A stretch of DNA of 64,000 bases, taken from the NCBI GenBank assembly GCA_046563655.1, contig CM102284.1:7378001-7442000 (forward strand). Reading direction: 5' to 3'. Both the position numbers and the translations under genes were made by a program. Each line of letters begins with the position of its first letter. The first letter of the stretch is position 1. This document shows positions 25,137-38,756 of this stretch, one piece after another. Source of the stretch: Yuukianura sp. NJ FZ-2021 (lineage: Eukaryota). The notes beneath the pieces are model-generated. The model was not told the origin of the DNA and did not search any database. It saw only the letters and a program-made list of their open reading frames with translations.

Positions 25137-27390
25137 ATTCGTAAAAAGTAATTTAATTAGGCAAAATCACTAGTAATTAAGAAAAATACGAGTTAACCCT
25201 CCGGCTTTGTCTCAATCTTCAATTTGAAGTGTAAAGGTTTTTGGCATCTCTTGTTTTTTAATTTCATCATTTGTTATACCTTAAAACCTTTTAACAAAAA
25301 GTTTAAATCGAGACTTGTCAATTTTCTCTTCAAAATTTGATTTTCTATCCAGATTGCCAAAAATCAAAAAAATTGAATTTTGAAAATAAAAAATATTATA
25401 AAAAGCAGGAGATAACTTCTGTTTTGCGGGAGGCAGGCAGGCATAGGCGGGTCTTGTAAATAACGATTTAATTAACTGTTAAATTAAAGTTAGTATAATA
25501 TTAAGTACCTTAAAAATCTAGTAATGTAAAAACTCTAAAGGGATCTTCCTTAGTTAATTGCTCGTTTCTTGAATTTGATCTAGGAGTCTATTCTTGTGCT
25601 TGGGATTTCGGTTGGGTTAATCAACTAAGGTTAGCCTAAATTAAGGAGTTAAGGATTCAATGTTAATTGATTTCCTACTATTTACTTGTAATTAGTTAGT
25701 TAATTGAGGTTAAAGTTAACTGCATTTCATCAGAATGGTTGAGTCTGTCTAGTCTCTCAAGAGAATTCAAAAAGCCAAACAAGGGCTCAGAGGACTCTTC
25801 TCTTCTTCATGGTTGATGGTTAAAAGTTAAAAGTTAAGAATTTAAAAATCTTCTTGAATTAACACTTGTAAAAAACTGTAAAATGTTAAAAACTTAATCA
25901 ACAGTTAGTTAACATTAAGTCACTTCCAAAATTAATCCAAAGTTTTACACCTTACTGCAATTAACAGAGTGTACTACTACAAAAACTTAAATTAATTCGT
26001 TAATCACTTGACTATTGCAAAAGTTTTCTTACTTAATCTCATAATTTTGTGTCAATTTGCTCACATCCGAGAACTAACTTTAATTAGCTATGAATTCGAA
26101 TGAACTTTTAATCGAAACATTTAACTCACTGTGTTCTTCACCTTAATCTCAATCTCAATTAAGTTAAATGTTGTTCTAATCGTAGTTAGCTGTAAGAAAT
26201 ACTACACATTTTTAATGATTGATGTTGTTTAGCCTAAGACCCACTTGAAAAGTTTAGTTTGCCTTTCCTATTCAAACTATTGTATTAATTTGCTCACTAG
26301 CTTTCACTCTTACTTTAATTAATTAGTTTTAGTTGTTAATTATTAGTTAAATTGAGGTCATGAGGTCAGTTGGAAAGCTAACAAAAGAGTGCTAAAATGA
26401 CTCAGGGGAAGCTGGAGTAGAAATCAAAGAACCTTGAACTGTTTTGTTGTGATGTACGTGGAAGAAAAGTTGGAAAGGTCAGAGGTCAAATTTTTGGCAA
26501 TATGCACAGCTTAAACGTTAAATCACAGTACCTACACCTTCAGAGTGCAGAGAATGCGTTGTTGATTTAATTAAAACTAATTAATTAACGTTACTGAACT
26601 GAACGTTACGTAAACTGAACTCTGATGGGAATTGTTAAATACGTGCTATGGAGAAAATCGGAGAAAGCAGACGGATAAGGTTGAAGACGTTAAGGTGGAT
26701 TTGTTAGGTTATACATACGTTAACTTTAAACACCTTCCTTTAGTTATTTTGTGCCTTCGATTGACTATCAGTAATTAACGTTGACTTAATTATTGAACCA
26801 TTTAACTAATTGTAAATTCATTGGCCATCGCTGTCAACTTCAGGAATCGGCTTATGAAACAAAAGCACACATCACAAGGTCAAAATAATTTTAGATTAAA
26901 CTAAATACTTGCCCTGTTGACGTATTTAAAGTTAAATATAGTTATTGTAATTTGATTAATTATAAGTAAAAGTTTTGTTTGTTTTCTCCATAAGAGAGGT
27001 TACTGAAAACCATTGATGGATTCTTCACTTGGAACAGTTTAAAATTAACTTTACAATTAAATGCTCTCACTTTAAAGTGGTTACAACCGTTAATTAAAGT
27101 AGAGTTAATTAAAGTGTGCATGAACACTATAACTAATTGGAATTCACAGAAATCTATTTAAATCTACCAGGTGAATGATTGAAGTTAGGGGAAAACTATA
27201 ATTTAAAATGAAAACATCAAAATATATTACCTTGTAATTGGTTAGCATAAAACGTTATACTGAATTAAAATATTATTGAAAAGGATTAAATCAATCTCTA
27301 CAAGTTTAATTTAATTTCAATTATTAAAAGCATTACACAATTACACAGTACTTATGGAAAATAATAAAAGAGAAAGTCTCCAAATAAAAT
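25137..27390 (+). other. Probable long AT-rich 3' UTR of the large gene
   Basis: No ORF of 60 aa or more for 2.2 kb, very AT-rich with dense TTAA/TAAT words, and AATAAA at about 27363 and 27383. Confidence 0.45.
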
Positions 27391-27628
27391 TTTTGATGCA
27401 TTGGAATTGATTTTAGTTAATTAACACATTTATTAAAATAAAAACGAAATTTTGATGTTGGAGCATTTGCCAAAATTTTTGAACTAAAATGGCGAGGGAT
27501 GATGTTGCATAAAGTTTGGCAGCCTGTGGAATAAAAATTAATCGAAGGGAAGTTGAAATTTTTTATTAATTTTATGATTCGGGGAATTGAAAAGTGACAG
27601 GAGTGAATTTTGACAATTTGAGATAGGG

Positions 27629-29115
27629 GATTATACGAAGCAAAAAGGGCTTCCCCTTCTTTGGCTTTTTCGCTTTTTTGTATGGGGAAGGCCGCTAGCG
27701 GAAAAAGAAAGTTGAGAAAGGTGAGGAACCTTTTTGGGTCGCCTAATCTCCGCATAGCTCCGGACACTTTTCAGAAGAGTCCCAATCCTCACAATGGAGA
27801 ATCTCTTTCCAAAAATTCATCAAATTCAAAAACTTAAAAAATTCATATCTCAGGAATGGAATGCGCTATCAAACTAATCTCTTCACACCTAAATTGAGAA
27901 TGATTTCTAGAATATTTTAAGCAAAAAAAAACGAATAAAAATTTTGATTAATTTTTGGAAACATCCCTTCGTCAAAATTTTGACGTTGCAGGATGCACTG
28001 TTTGCAGAATTTTTGCAGTACGTTATGCAAAAAAGTGTTTTGCAACTTGAGTCGAGCGATGGAGTCGCAGAAGTCGTTGCAAGATTCAAATTTTTTAAAT
28101 TTTCTAAAACGGGAACAAACGATGAACGGTGCTTGTGCTTTGCAAGTTTCTAAAATATTTTAAATAGGAGAAAGTCTGAGAAAGCAGCAAAGACATAAAG
28201 TGTAAACGTTTTTTTATTTCGAAATTGCAAAACATTTTGAAGGTAAGATTGTGTGCAAATTTTTATGCGAAACTAAGTGTAAGGATATTTGCAAAGGAGA
28301 TGCGGGCGAAGTACTATCGATGGACTTGATTCGTAGAAAGTACTAGCTGTGGAAATGAGCGTGAGCTCCAACTTCAATTTTTTGAAGAGTCTTTTACATG
28401 GGAGGCCTTCGGGAGAGCAGAAAAGTAGATCGGAGATTATACGAGGCGAAGAGGCGAGATAGGTCTTTTGCTCTTGTGTGCTTTTTTGTATGGGGAGGCC
28501 GCCAGCGGAAAAAAAGTTGAGGAAGGAGAGGAGCCTTTCTGTTTCGCCTAATCTCCGCATAGCTCTGGTCAGTTTTTCGAGGAGTCTTTAACTATACAAT
28601 GAAAATTTATTTCTAAAATTTCAAAAACTTTCAAAATTCATATCTCAGGAACGGAATGCAATAAATTGCTAATTCCTTCGCGAAAAAGTTCAGAATGATC
28701 GAAAGAATGTTTCTAGTCCAAAAAAAAGCCGAAAAATATTTTTCAAAATTTTGTAAAATTTTGAAGGCAAGTTATATGGAAAATTGTTGTTGCAAATTAT
28801 GTGTAAAATAGTTGTAAATGCCGAATTGTTCTTTTGAGTGACAGAAATCGCTGCAAAGTTGAAATTTTCACATTTTTAATGAAGCAAATCGGAACATTTT
28901 TTATTCGTTTCATTAGACGCCAGTTGAAATTTAAAATAATTCAACCATGTTATTTTAGGTAGAGAAATCATGCAAGAAAAATTCTTTTTTTCATGTGGCG
29001 TGAAGGTTAGCAAAAATGTAGAATTGAATGTTCAGAATCTAAAATTTCAAATTCATATCTCACGGACGGAATGCAACAAATTGCTAATTCCTTCGCGAAG
29101 AAATTCAGAATCATC
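27629..29115. repeat. Degenerate direct repeats of a non-autonomous element: two ~330-bp copies plus a partial third
   Basis: Copies at about 27629-27960 and 28435-28760 share GATTATACGA...CTTTTTTGTATGGGGA(A)GGCCGC...TCGCCTAATCTCCGCATAGCTC...AAATTCATATCTCAGGAA(T/C)GGAATGC. The last block recurs at about 29040-29115. Confidence 0.7.
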
Positions 29116-29416
29116 CAAAGAGATTTCCATTGTTTTAGCGGGTTTATTCAATTAAAACCAAAGTTAATTGATCTTGTTCAAGTTAACTAAACACTTGACG
29201 ATGCTTCGTGCACTTCAAAATAAAAAATACGAAATAACATTTACCTTAAATTACTCTTTTTCTAGTTCTAATCAGTTAAATACTTTGACGCTTATAAAAG
29301 TAACTCCAGTTCCAACTTTTTTCCAAGTTTAAAGTGTTAATGACGGACGAAACGCAGACTGCGCTAAACTAAAAATAAAAATATGTGCCCTGAATAATGC
29401 AATTTCTGGACTAGAT

Positions 29417-32400
29417 TCATGGGGAAATGGACAAGGCAGACGGTAGTAGTTTGGAATTTTGAGGTGTGGCATTTTCGAAGGATCCCGAGCTTTCCCCACC
29501 TTCAGCTGAATCCGGGTGGAGTGGATTCATCAATTTCTGAAATTAGAAATAAATTCTAAAACATCTTGCGAGTAATTTTGAAGTTTTGAAAACTTTTCGA
29601 CCAAAGCACTAACCTTCCCCATAACGGCAATTGGGAGAGTGTTGATTGCACGAGCAACACGATTTTCAATCAAGTAAAACATGTACTCATCAATGAGAAG
29701 CCTGAGGAGGTGAAATGATCCGAAACTTGCAGCGCTCCGAAGCGTCAAATCGCGAATGACAAGCGAACTAAATTCAGGAAATGTTAATGTTTAACGTCAG
29801 AACAAAACAAAGCTACTACTTTTTTTTTAATTGATAAACTTGCCTGTAAAACGACCATTTGAGAAGAAAATATCTGGCGACAGACGTGTACTTTGGTGTG
29901 TTCTCGTGTGGACGCAAAATTCGATCGACAACAGATTCCAACCATGTTGCCCACTCTTCCAACGACTGATGCTGAGCCAGCGCACCTTTGAAATCCGATT
30001 CCAAATCTGGCACAATGTCCAAGTTGCAGTCGCAAACCCATGCAGCCTGAAAAAAAAACATTTATTTTTCTATTTCCCTTCCCCGCCGTTCAGCACGAAT
30101 AATGCAATAATTCCTTAATAACACCTACCTGTTCCTCAACACACGAAAAATCGACACGATTTAGATCATTTAGCATCTGGTTGATTTGTGTTTCGTTTTC
30201 AAGAACAGCTCTTGCAGCTTGTGCAACATGATTCAGTGATGTGTATCGACGAAGCGTTTGTCCGAAGGCTTTTAGTGCTGTAAGCTTCACTACGATTAGT
30301 TCCTCTGGAAAACCAGTCATCGCTGCTGCCAGAAATCCTTCTACAACTTTTGCAAAGTTTCTAATAGTTTGTGTCATTACACCTGTTCAAAATTTAAAAA
30401 AAACACCGTTACAAACACAAACTTACTCTGAAATTACTCTGCAATTAACAATTCATAATTCAATTTACCAGGAATGTGTCTAAGTACATCAGGCAGGAGA
30501 ATATTGGACATATGTTGATACAGTTGAAAATCAGTTTGACGGACATACTCTTGAATTGGACGTAATGCACACAAAGCGTGAAGTTTCGGTCTAAAAGAAT
30601 TGAAAAAGTAATCGTTAATGTATGTTTCGAGCAGCAAAGCCTTCAAGTCATTGAGTTTAAAAACTTACTTTGGTAGGATGGATTCGTATTGTTGTTGCTG
30701 CTCCAAAACATATCCAGTTGATCCCTCGGCACGAAAAAAGACACGCCAGCGACGCTGGAAATCTGATAATTGGAAGTTAACTGTATCTTCCAACAGTTGC
30801 TGGATAGAACGAAATCACACAAAATATTAGTTTTAACAACATTACAAATTAAGTTATGTAACTCGGTTGTGCAAACTTACACTGCAAAGTTCTCGATACA
30901 AAGACAGGAATACAATCAAATCATCGGGAGTCAAATCTTCAGGAAGGGGAATTTGAAGATCCAAATCTGGTAAACTGTTCATTACATGCGCTGATTCTCC
31001 CAAGTAATGCTGAAAATAAATCAACAATATTCGTGACATTTTCACCGAGAGATTAAGATTTAGCTTGCAAAATTGATCAGTTAGTTACCTGGATTGCGGA
31101 AGCCTCTAGCGAAGTGATGCCATTTAGTAGTTCTGAGTGCTCCCATTTGGATAACTTGGCTTTCTTTGCCGCCGAATGACTATTTCCGCTAGGTGAAATT
31201 GCGACTCCGCGTGGTGGACTTGGATGATAAATTCCATTTCCGTTTCCACGAGTACTCATAAGCTCATCAATCGTCTTCTCATCGACCAAATTGAGAGGAG
31301 ATTCAGGTTTGAGACGGATTCCGTAGTAGTGGTACTTTGAATTTCCTCTTGTTCCGAGTCTTCTAGTGCGTAGTCCCAAAAATACTGAACGAATCAACTT
31401 TCCAAAGGAGGCAGCATTGACAGGATCCAGTTGATGATCTTTACAGTGCTTGATATAGTGATAATACATTGTAGACCTTGGCAGACTCACGCCATCCGCC
31501 CGCTCAAAATTGTCAAGTAACCATTGGACCTGCGTAACAAAACAGAATCAATTAGATAATTCACTCCCGTTCATTTTCCTTGGCCAGACTACAAAATTCA
31601 CGAAAAAAAAAACAACTATCAACTGCAATCACAGATTATAAGGTGAACAAACTGAGCTAAATAAACAAAACTATTTCACATTAATTTAAGAAATAAAAGG
31701 TAAATTGTTAAGGATTTTACAGTGATTGGGCAGGATTTGAGCGTAGCCAGGAGATCATTAGAGGGGAACGCTGTTCTTGACACTTTCTCTGCAATTTTGT
31801 TCATACAGATCATGATGACTAGATCTTCCAGCGGGTTTTCTCCTTGACCAAGCGTGTCATCTTCCAATCCCATGTTCAAGTAATTTGCTTCCTCATTTTC
31901 TTCATCCAACCAAATTGATGTATTTTCTACTCCACCTGCAGTTGTCAGTATCGTGTCAGAGGTATTGGCAGCTTCCGTCACTGACGTTTCCGGCTGAAGT
32001 GTCGTGAACGAATCATCTCCTCCCTTTGCCAGTGCGACGTGAAGATGAAAAATAAAAAGGCAAAAGCAACAAATTAGCAAGGAGAGAAGAATAAGGCCAC
32101 CAAAGGCAGAAGCATTGCCAAATAAAACAAGGACAAAGTGGGATAAATTGACCAATTAGCTAAGCGTGAACCGGTAAACCAAATGAAAAGAGACAGTAGT
32201 GCCGCAGTTGCTAAGTACGACATTTACTTACTGTCGCAGGGGAAACTCGAGTAGCATGATTTGCATTAGCTGTCAAGCTGTCCACGTTAGCATTAGTTGA
32301 GGAATCATTAGAGTCATTGTTTGTAGCTGAAGCTACCAAGTAGGTGATGCCACCCTCCTTTCGATAGTTACAAATCAAAGCGGTTAAATTATTTAACAAA

Positions 32401-34086
32401 TTGTCTTAAATTACGTCCTAAATCACGTTAAATCATAACTTTCAAATCTATGCTTCGAGCAGCGATGGAGTAAAGACAAGAGGTGTCGGATACCATCTTA
32501 CAATCTTACATGGTACGGTAAATCCGCGGTTAGCTTAACGCGCAACTAATTTTAACTGAAAACGAAAGCCTGTCGTCACTCACCTGGGCGTACGTAATTC
32601 CAGCATGAGGAGTTGAAGTATAAAATTGTGCGGAGCCAGTAGTTCCATATATCGTAGAGTCACCAACAGTGTACACAGGGTATGGCCTGGAATAAAGGAA
32701 ACAAAATAGTTAGCGGTGAGCAGTGATGCTGGTTTAGATTAATTTCAAAAACTAACACTACAAGCAGTTTCAATGAAGAAAAGATGAACAATCACAAACA
32801 GGAAATCGAAATCAATCAATTGAAAGAAGTTGAACTTGAAACAGATCTCCCAAATGATTGTTTCTCACCACCAACCAGTTAAAACTCTGGAAAATGAACG
32901 ATAGTTCGTAAGATCATAAGACAAAATCAAAAGGTAAAGAGGAGACAAGACGTTGTGGAAATAGAAAAAGCAGCTTCCTTAAATTGTACGTGTCATTGGG
33001 ATTGATCGTTACATGTTTTCTCCATTAACTGCTGCTGCAGTTGTAGTAGTAAACAAAGCCTGGTCCGAAGACCCGTCGACATAAGTTACGTACGTAGGAG
33101 CGGCGTCTTCCGAAATTGCTCCGTCAACTTCCGGTGTATCAACTGAAATAGACAAACAAAAATCATGAAGTAGTTGGTCTTAGTGAATCGATAGCATAAA
33201 ACTTAAATCCAGAAGCAAGAAAGCAAAATCAACCAAGATTTGACCTTAAGTTAAGGTCGAATCACTACCTTAAAACCCCAAAATATAACGGATAACTACG
33301 GATTGTTTAAGGTCTACAAACTAAATAAAACGTTTTAGAGTATGGCTAATACTAGAGAATACTAGCTACTAGCAGGAAAGCTTGTCTAAGAATCCATCAG
33401 TCACGGCACTCTGAGTCAGGACTTACCGTTGACTGCATTGACAGTTGTCAGTGAAGCATAAGATGGAGTAGTTGTACAAATAGTTGTCTCGGCTAAATAT
33501 TTAACACCACAAACAGTCAAAACATTACTGAGCATGTACATGATCAGCGCTTTTCACACTTTGTGCACTGGAATGGATAGTCTCTTGTTAAAATTATAGC
33601 AGCGACCCGAATTGTGTAATAAACGTTACCCCAAACCCCATGACCCAAGCTCGCTACTTTAGTACTTAACGATTATAAGGAACAAGTAAGAACTTAAAAT
33701 ATACTTGCCATTGATTGTGACATAGCTCGGAGATGGACACTTGACGACATTTACTGGAGCTTCGGCACCATTTTCAGAAATAGGAGTGTCTGGCTTATTC
33801 CGGTGGTTGTGGTCACTGCCTCCACTCTATAAACACAAATTACAATACAAACATAAGCACACTTTGAATATATCGAGGTGTAATGTAGATCTTCCAGACA
33901 AACTTACATCGGGAGAGTTGGATGATGAGCCGGGACCGGGTATTCCATTCTCCTGTAAGGTGCTAAGATTGACCTGTGATGAAATTACAACACTTATTAC
34001 CAATTCCACCAAATGTTCATACTCAATGTTTTTAACCAATTCATATATATTTTCATTACCTTCCGTTGTTTTTCCTTTGACGACAT
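29417..34086 (-). CDS. Rfx: RFX family transcription factor (RFX1/2/3-type; DNA-binding, B, C and dimerisation domains), ~729 aa
   Basis: Hallmark motifs SPAT-VQWLLDNFERADGVSLPRST...VNAASFGKLIRSVFLGLRTRRLGTRGNSKYHYYGIR, TLRRYTSLNHVAQAARAVL and KWSFYSSLVIRDLTLRSAASFGSFHL. Exons: 34086-34060, 33973-33908, 33826-33709, 33492-33427, 33142-33013, 32686-32584, 32357-32232, (alternative 32023-31721), 31529-31089, 31009-30881, 30799-30669, 30590-30469, 30382-30129, 30046-29844, 29767-29614, 29536-29417. The start exon is less certain. Confidence 0.95.
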
Positions 34087-34412
34087 GTCCAACACCTTGT
34101 GTACCTGATGAATGATCAAACAAATCAATATCAGCGGTAAGGGGTGTTTCTTCCGACGACGTTTCCACGGCTTACTTACACAGGAACTTGACGTTGATTT
34201 TACAAAGGTCACACTTCACCAGCAGACATAAGAGCGAGTTTGCCAAATCGACGGTGACAATGACAACGAGAATGAAGAGTCAGCCACGATAAACAGCATT
34301 GGTATTTAGCAATATACGGATCAGCTGACAGACAGTAATGAAAACGTAGTTTGGTTGAAAAGTAAAAGATTGTTTTCCAAACAAAGTCAATAAGTCGATT
34401 ACCGTCTGTTCT

Positions 34413-34426
34413 GTTGTCATGGGAAC
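34413..34426. promoter_or_regulatory. RFX X-box in the Rfx 5' region
   Basis: GTTGTCATGGGAAC matches GTHNYY-AT-RRNAAC and lies about 330 bp upstream of the Rfx ATG. Confidence 0.55.
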
Positions 34427-35113
34427 TTAAATCAACTGATCAAGACACAAGGTCACAACTTCCTAATAAAAAAGAAAACTTAAACACAAGGTAAATAAAA
34501 AATGTTTTAAAAACACGACTCTCGCAATTGATCGTGAGCTCCCGATGATATCACTATCATTCTCCATTCAGTCTCAACGACAGAAGTATTTAAACGATGC
34601 AAAAAAAATTATAGAAGATTACGAGAATAGCAATAAAATGAATTATGAAAAAAGGCAGTGGCAAAATTGGAAAAAAATGATAAGAAAAGTGAGTCATTGA
34701 TTTTGAATATCCCCTCCTTCATCTCAAAATCAGTTTTGCCCATCTGTGAACAAAAAATATTTGAAATATATTACAATAATATTACTATATTTTATAACAT
34801 ATTATGTTAATATTATATAAAATTATATAAGTTGATTTTACTTACTGTGTTTTTTAAAACATTCAAACACTCTAGCTCTAGCCTTACTAATTTTTATAAT
34901 CCATGGATAACTGTAAATCTCACAGTTGGGCAACTTTGTACTTTGGTATTTTTATGTTTAGCAATTTTTGAGGTTTGCTTATCAGATAATCAGCTGTTTG
35001 AATAACTTGATGTTTATCTAATGACCCGTTAGTTTCGCACAACAATAAACTAAAATAGTGACATTCCGATTAATAATCTAATCAGTTACAATTAAAACCT
35101 GGAATTTGTTTAA

Positions 35114-36952
35114 ATGGAGAAACAAATGGACCCGAAATCACTGCTTACAATAAAAGGTAAAACTGATAATTGAAAATAGAGAAAGTCGAAGTTTGAATGT
35201 TTGAATTGTTTATGTTACAGTCCTCCGCCTTCTAAAGCCGACCCTTGTTGGACCTTTGGCATTAGCCTGTGACCCGCATGACCTGGCAGGAGACTTATGG
35301 GACAAGGAACTCTGCGGCGATGTTACATCTGTTCCAGGGATTGGGGCCTTGTCACTTGGGAACTTTTTAAGGCTACCACAAGGATTTGGGTACTAAACAA
35401 AAACGATTACGTCGAGCTACACCTTATTTGTACAATGTGGGTTGCTCTTGTCTTACGTCCTTTTTCTTCACAGGAATATGTACCTTGGAGAACTGTTTTC
35501 GAGCTACGTCGTCGTACAGAACGAAAGTCCGGTGTTGGTGACTGAAGTGTCTTGTAAGGTGAGGCTGAGCTTGTCGCTGGAAATACTAAGGAATGGCAAT
35601 GGCATACTAATTTTTGGTTTTCTAACGTTGTTACAGGTTGAACTTCAGACACAAACGCAGAAGTTTGTTTTAGCCAATAAAAAGGCACTGGATGACATGA
35701 AGCAGGGTGCAACTGTTGACATTGTAATGCATCATGAAATCAAAGAAATGGGGAAACACATGTAAGAACTTGCGAATTCACTTAGGTAGTCCGCCACTAC
35801 TTTACCTGCATCTTAATTTTAATTTTAGGCTTATCGTCACATTGCAGTATACAGTTCCTGCTGTTTCGCCAAGCGAACCGATTATCTTAGAACGGTACTT
35901 TAAATTCCAAGTCAAGAAGCCACTGGACGTCAAGACTAAACTGTACAATGCAGAGGTATTGATCATTTTTTCCTACAATTGTTATTCCGCCCTTAGTTTG
36001 AAATACATTTGGTTTATAATTCTAGTCTGACGAAGTGTTTTTAGAAGCCCAAGTACAGAACATCACCTCAGCTCCAATTTGTTTAGAGAAAGTGGAGTTC
36101 GAACCATCAGCTTCATTCAACTGTAAGTACTAGAGTGGGAAGATGAAAGCTGTTTTAATTGTTAATTGACGTTACTCGTGTAATATTTCTCCCGACAAAT
36201 TATCTAGGTGTCAAGATCAGCGATGCTTTACTGAATCTTGATGATCTGCCAAACTTGAGATTCCCGGCTCAGCAGAATTCAAAATGGCCCAACAAAATGC
36301 TAGACCAAGACGACTCTTTCCAGTTTCTGTACCGCCTAACCCCGAAATCGGATGTATCTCGATCCGCCGTAAGCATAGGCAAGCTGGACATCACTTGGAG
36401 AACAGCTCTCGGTGACCGTGGACGACTGCAGACGTCCCAGCTTCAACGCCAAGTAAACAATTCACAATCAACAACAAAAAGTTCAATGTTCACCCAAAGT
36501 TCAATTGTTTTGACTCTTTCATTACTTTTACTAGCCACCGATTTTAAATGACCTCAAGCTCATCGTCACACAAATTCCCGACGCTTGTCCAGTCGACACA
36601 CCTTCCGAACTTACTATCAAACTCTCCAACACCACAATGTAAAGTTATTACTAAAAAGTTCAGAAACATCTTTAAACAGGCCTTTGAAAAATTGTTTTCT
36701 GTTGAACTTTTCAGCGATCGAAGAATGGATCTACAGATTGAACTGGAAGATTCTGTCGACAATTACTGTTGGTTGGGAACGACTAAATACAAATTAGGCC
36801 TCTTAACTGGAACTTCTCATGCAGAGATTAAGTTATGCCTGTTTCCAATTCGAACTGGTCTCATTACAGTTTCTGGAATACGAATTACAGATGCAACTAA
36901 AGGTGAAAAGTTTCTATTCAATGACATTGTACAACTGGTAGTCAAAGGATAG
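35114..36952 (+). CDS. TRAPPC13: Trafficking protein particle complex subunit 13
   Basis: Motifs [63 protein letters not shown] and [25 protein letters not shown]. Exons: 35114-35156, 35221-35389, 35474-35558, 35637-35761, 35829-35955, 36026-36122, 36208-36452, 36535-36638, 36715-36952. Confidence 0.93.
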
Positions 36953-38756
36953 AAATTTCGTTCAATAACCCAACCTTCTAATGTTAAAAAGCACAAAAAC
37001 TTTATTTGAAGTTAGCAGGGAGATTAAAGTTTTAAGTAAAATCTAAAGCTACACTCCAATTTCAAATTAAAACATGCTGCACAAAGCTACTGTTCAGCCA
37101 AATTTTCTAAAAACGAAAAAAGAAACACACTAAAAAGTAAAGTTTTTTTTTAAGTAAAAGTTCAACTTAAATGCTCAAATAGTCTAAATTTTACGTGTAA
37201 TTCGTAGCTGCTTAGTAGCTAAACAATTTTTTAAAACAAAATTATGAGAGTGAGAAATCTGGATACTGCCGAGCATGCCAAGATCGAAAAAAAAGTGTAA
37301 TAAGATGATACTTGTGAGTTGTCACAAATTTTGGTTTTGTGTTTCAAAATTTTACAAAATTCTGCAACTTGATTTCTCTTTCCACGGATTACTTTTGGCA
37401 GAATGAAATCCACTGAAGAGTGAATCATCTCGTTGTCTCTCCAAAATATATTTCTGGAAATTAAAAATAAACACATGCAAGTTACGTAACAAAAATTCAC
37501 GCATTTTCAAATTCCTCGAGATTTTTCAAAAAAAAAATGCACAAACCCGAGCAAACTTTTTAGCATTATTTCTAATGTGCAAATCTCTCTCTGGTTTATT
37601 CAAGTGTAAACAGGTTTGGTGCTATTTACATTAGTAATTTTTAATCTCAAAGTCCCGAAGCACTCCAACCCAGGTCATAAGGTTACATAAATTTTAGGAC
37701 AACGTTAATTAATTAACAATCCCAATTTTAACACCCACCAAAACAAAAAAGGAACAAAAATTGTGAATTTTAGGCAAACAAAAGGAAAGCATGTAAGCTT
37801 CGCGTTAATAATTTAAAAAGTGTGACCTACCAAAACAGAAAGCTTGCAAAAAAATAAAATAAATTAAACCAAAAAACATGAGATTTCCAACAAAATGAGT
37901 AATGGAAGGATGAATTGATAATTGGACGATGACTTTTAAACTTCAGATTGTCCAACTACAACAATTTGCAAGGTCCAGGAAGTCCAGAGCTCCGAAAAGT
38001 ATTTTTGCCAGGGAATCCAGGATAGAGTGGATCATCTATTTGGTAGTCCAATGTAAATCGCTGATTTTTTAGTTGGTTAAGGAATCGGGTAAGAACATAA
38101 GAGAAAAAAAAATTAAAATAAAAAACAATCCCCAAGGTATAGGAAAACTTAAAAATTTTACAAAGCAAGGCCAAGGGGTTTCAGCATTTTCATTCCAGCA
38201 TCATGCATTCAATCTCAGCATTTTCAATTTTTTAGTACAATTTGAAAAAAAGTGCAAGCAGAAGCGATTTGAAGCAACAACTACGACGAAATTGACTGAA
38301 ATTGTATAAAGTCAAACTCCATTTAATAAACGACGATGACAAGAAATGAAGTTCCATTTTTGCTTTTCGTTTTTCATTAAATTTGGAAGTTAAATGATTT
38401 TTGGCTTTCGTAATTTCTTAGCCGTTGAAGAACAATAATCGTTGAAGAAACGTATAACTTACTTCACATTTAAGCACACTACAACTTACAACTTGTGCAG
38501 CGACTAAAATCAGACGAGAAAAGATTAACAATTAAACTGATTACTTAAATTACAAAGAACCGTGAGTGAGGACGCGCACATTGCTTAAATTGTGTGACAC
38601 AAATTGGAGTGGAGTGTTTGAAAAAGATGAATTTTGAAGACAGACGGAAGCAGCAAGAGAGCGTGTGAACGGAGACAAACAATTTTTAGAAAATTTTGCA
38701 TCCATGAACAGCATTGCTGAAGTTCTCTCGACGCTGCTTGAACTGCGAAACGCTTT

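Noticed and set aside
30427-30438. Possible 12-nt Rfx micro-exon (CAG...GTAAGT)
   Set aside because: The upstream intron would be only about 30 nt, far shorter than other introns here.
33827-34168. 113-aa ORF as a single first Rfx exon
   Set aside because: It starts at GTG and crosses clear splice sites; ATG 34086 with an 86-nt intron gives a consistent model.
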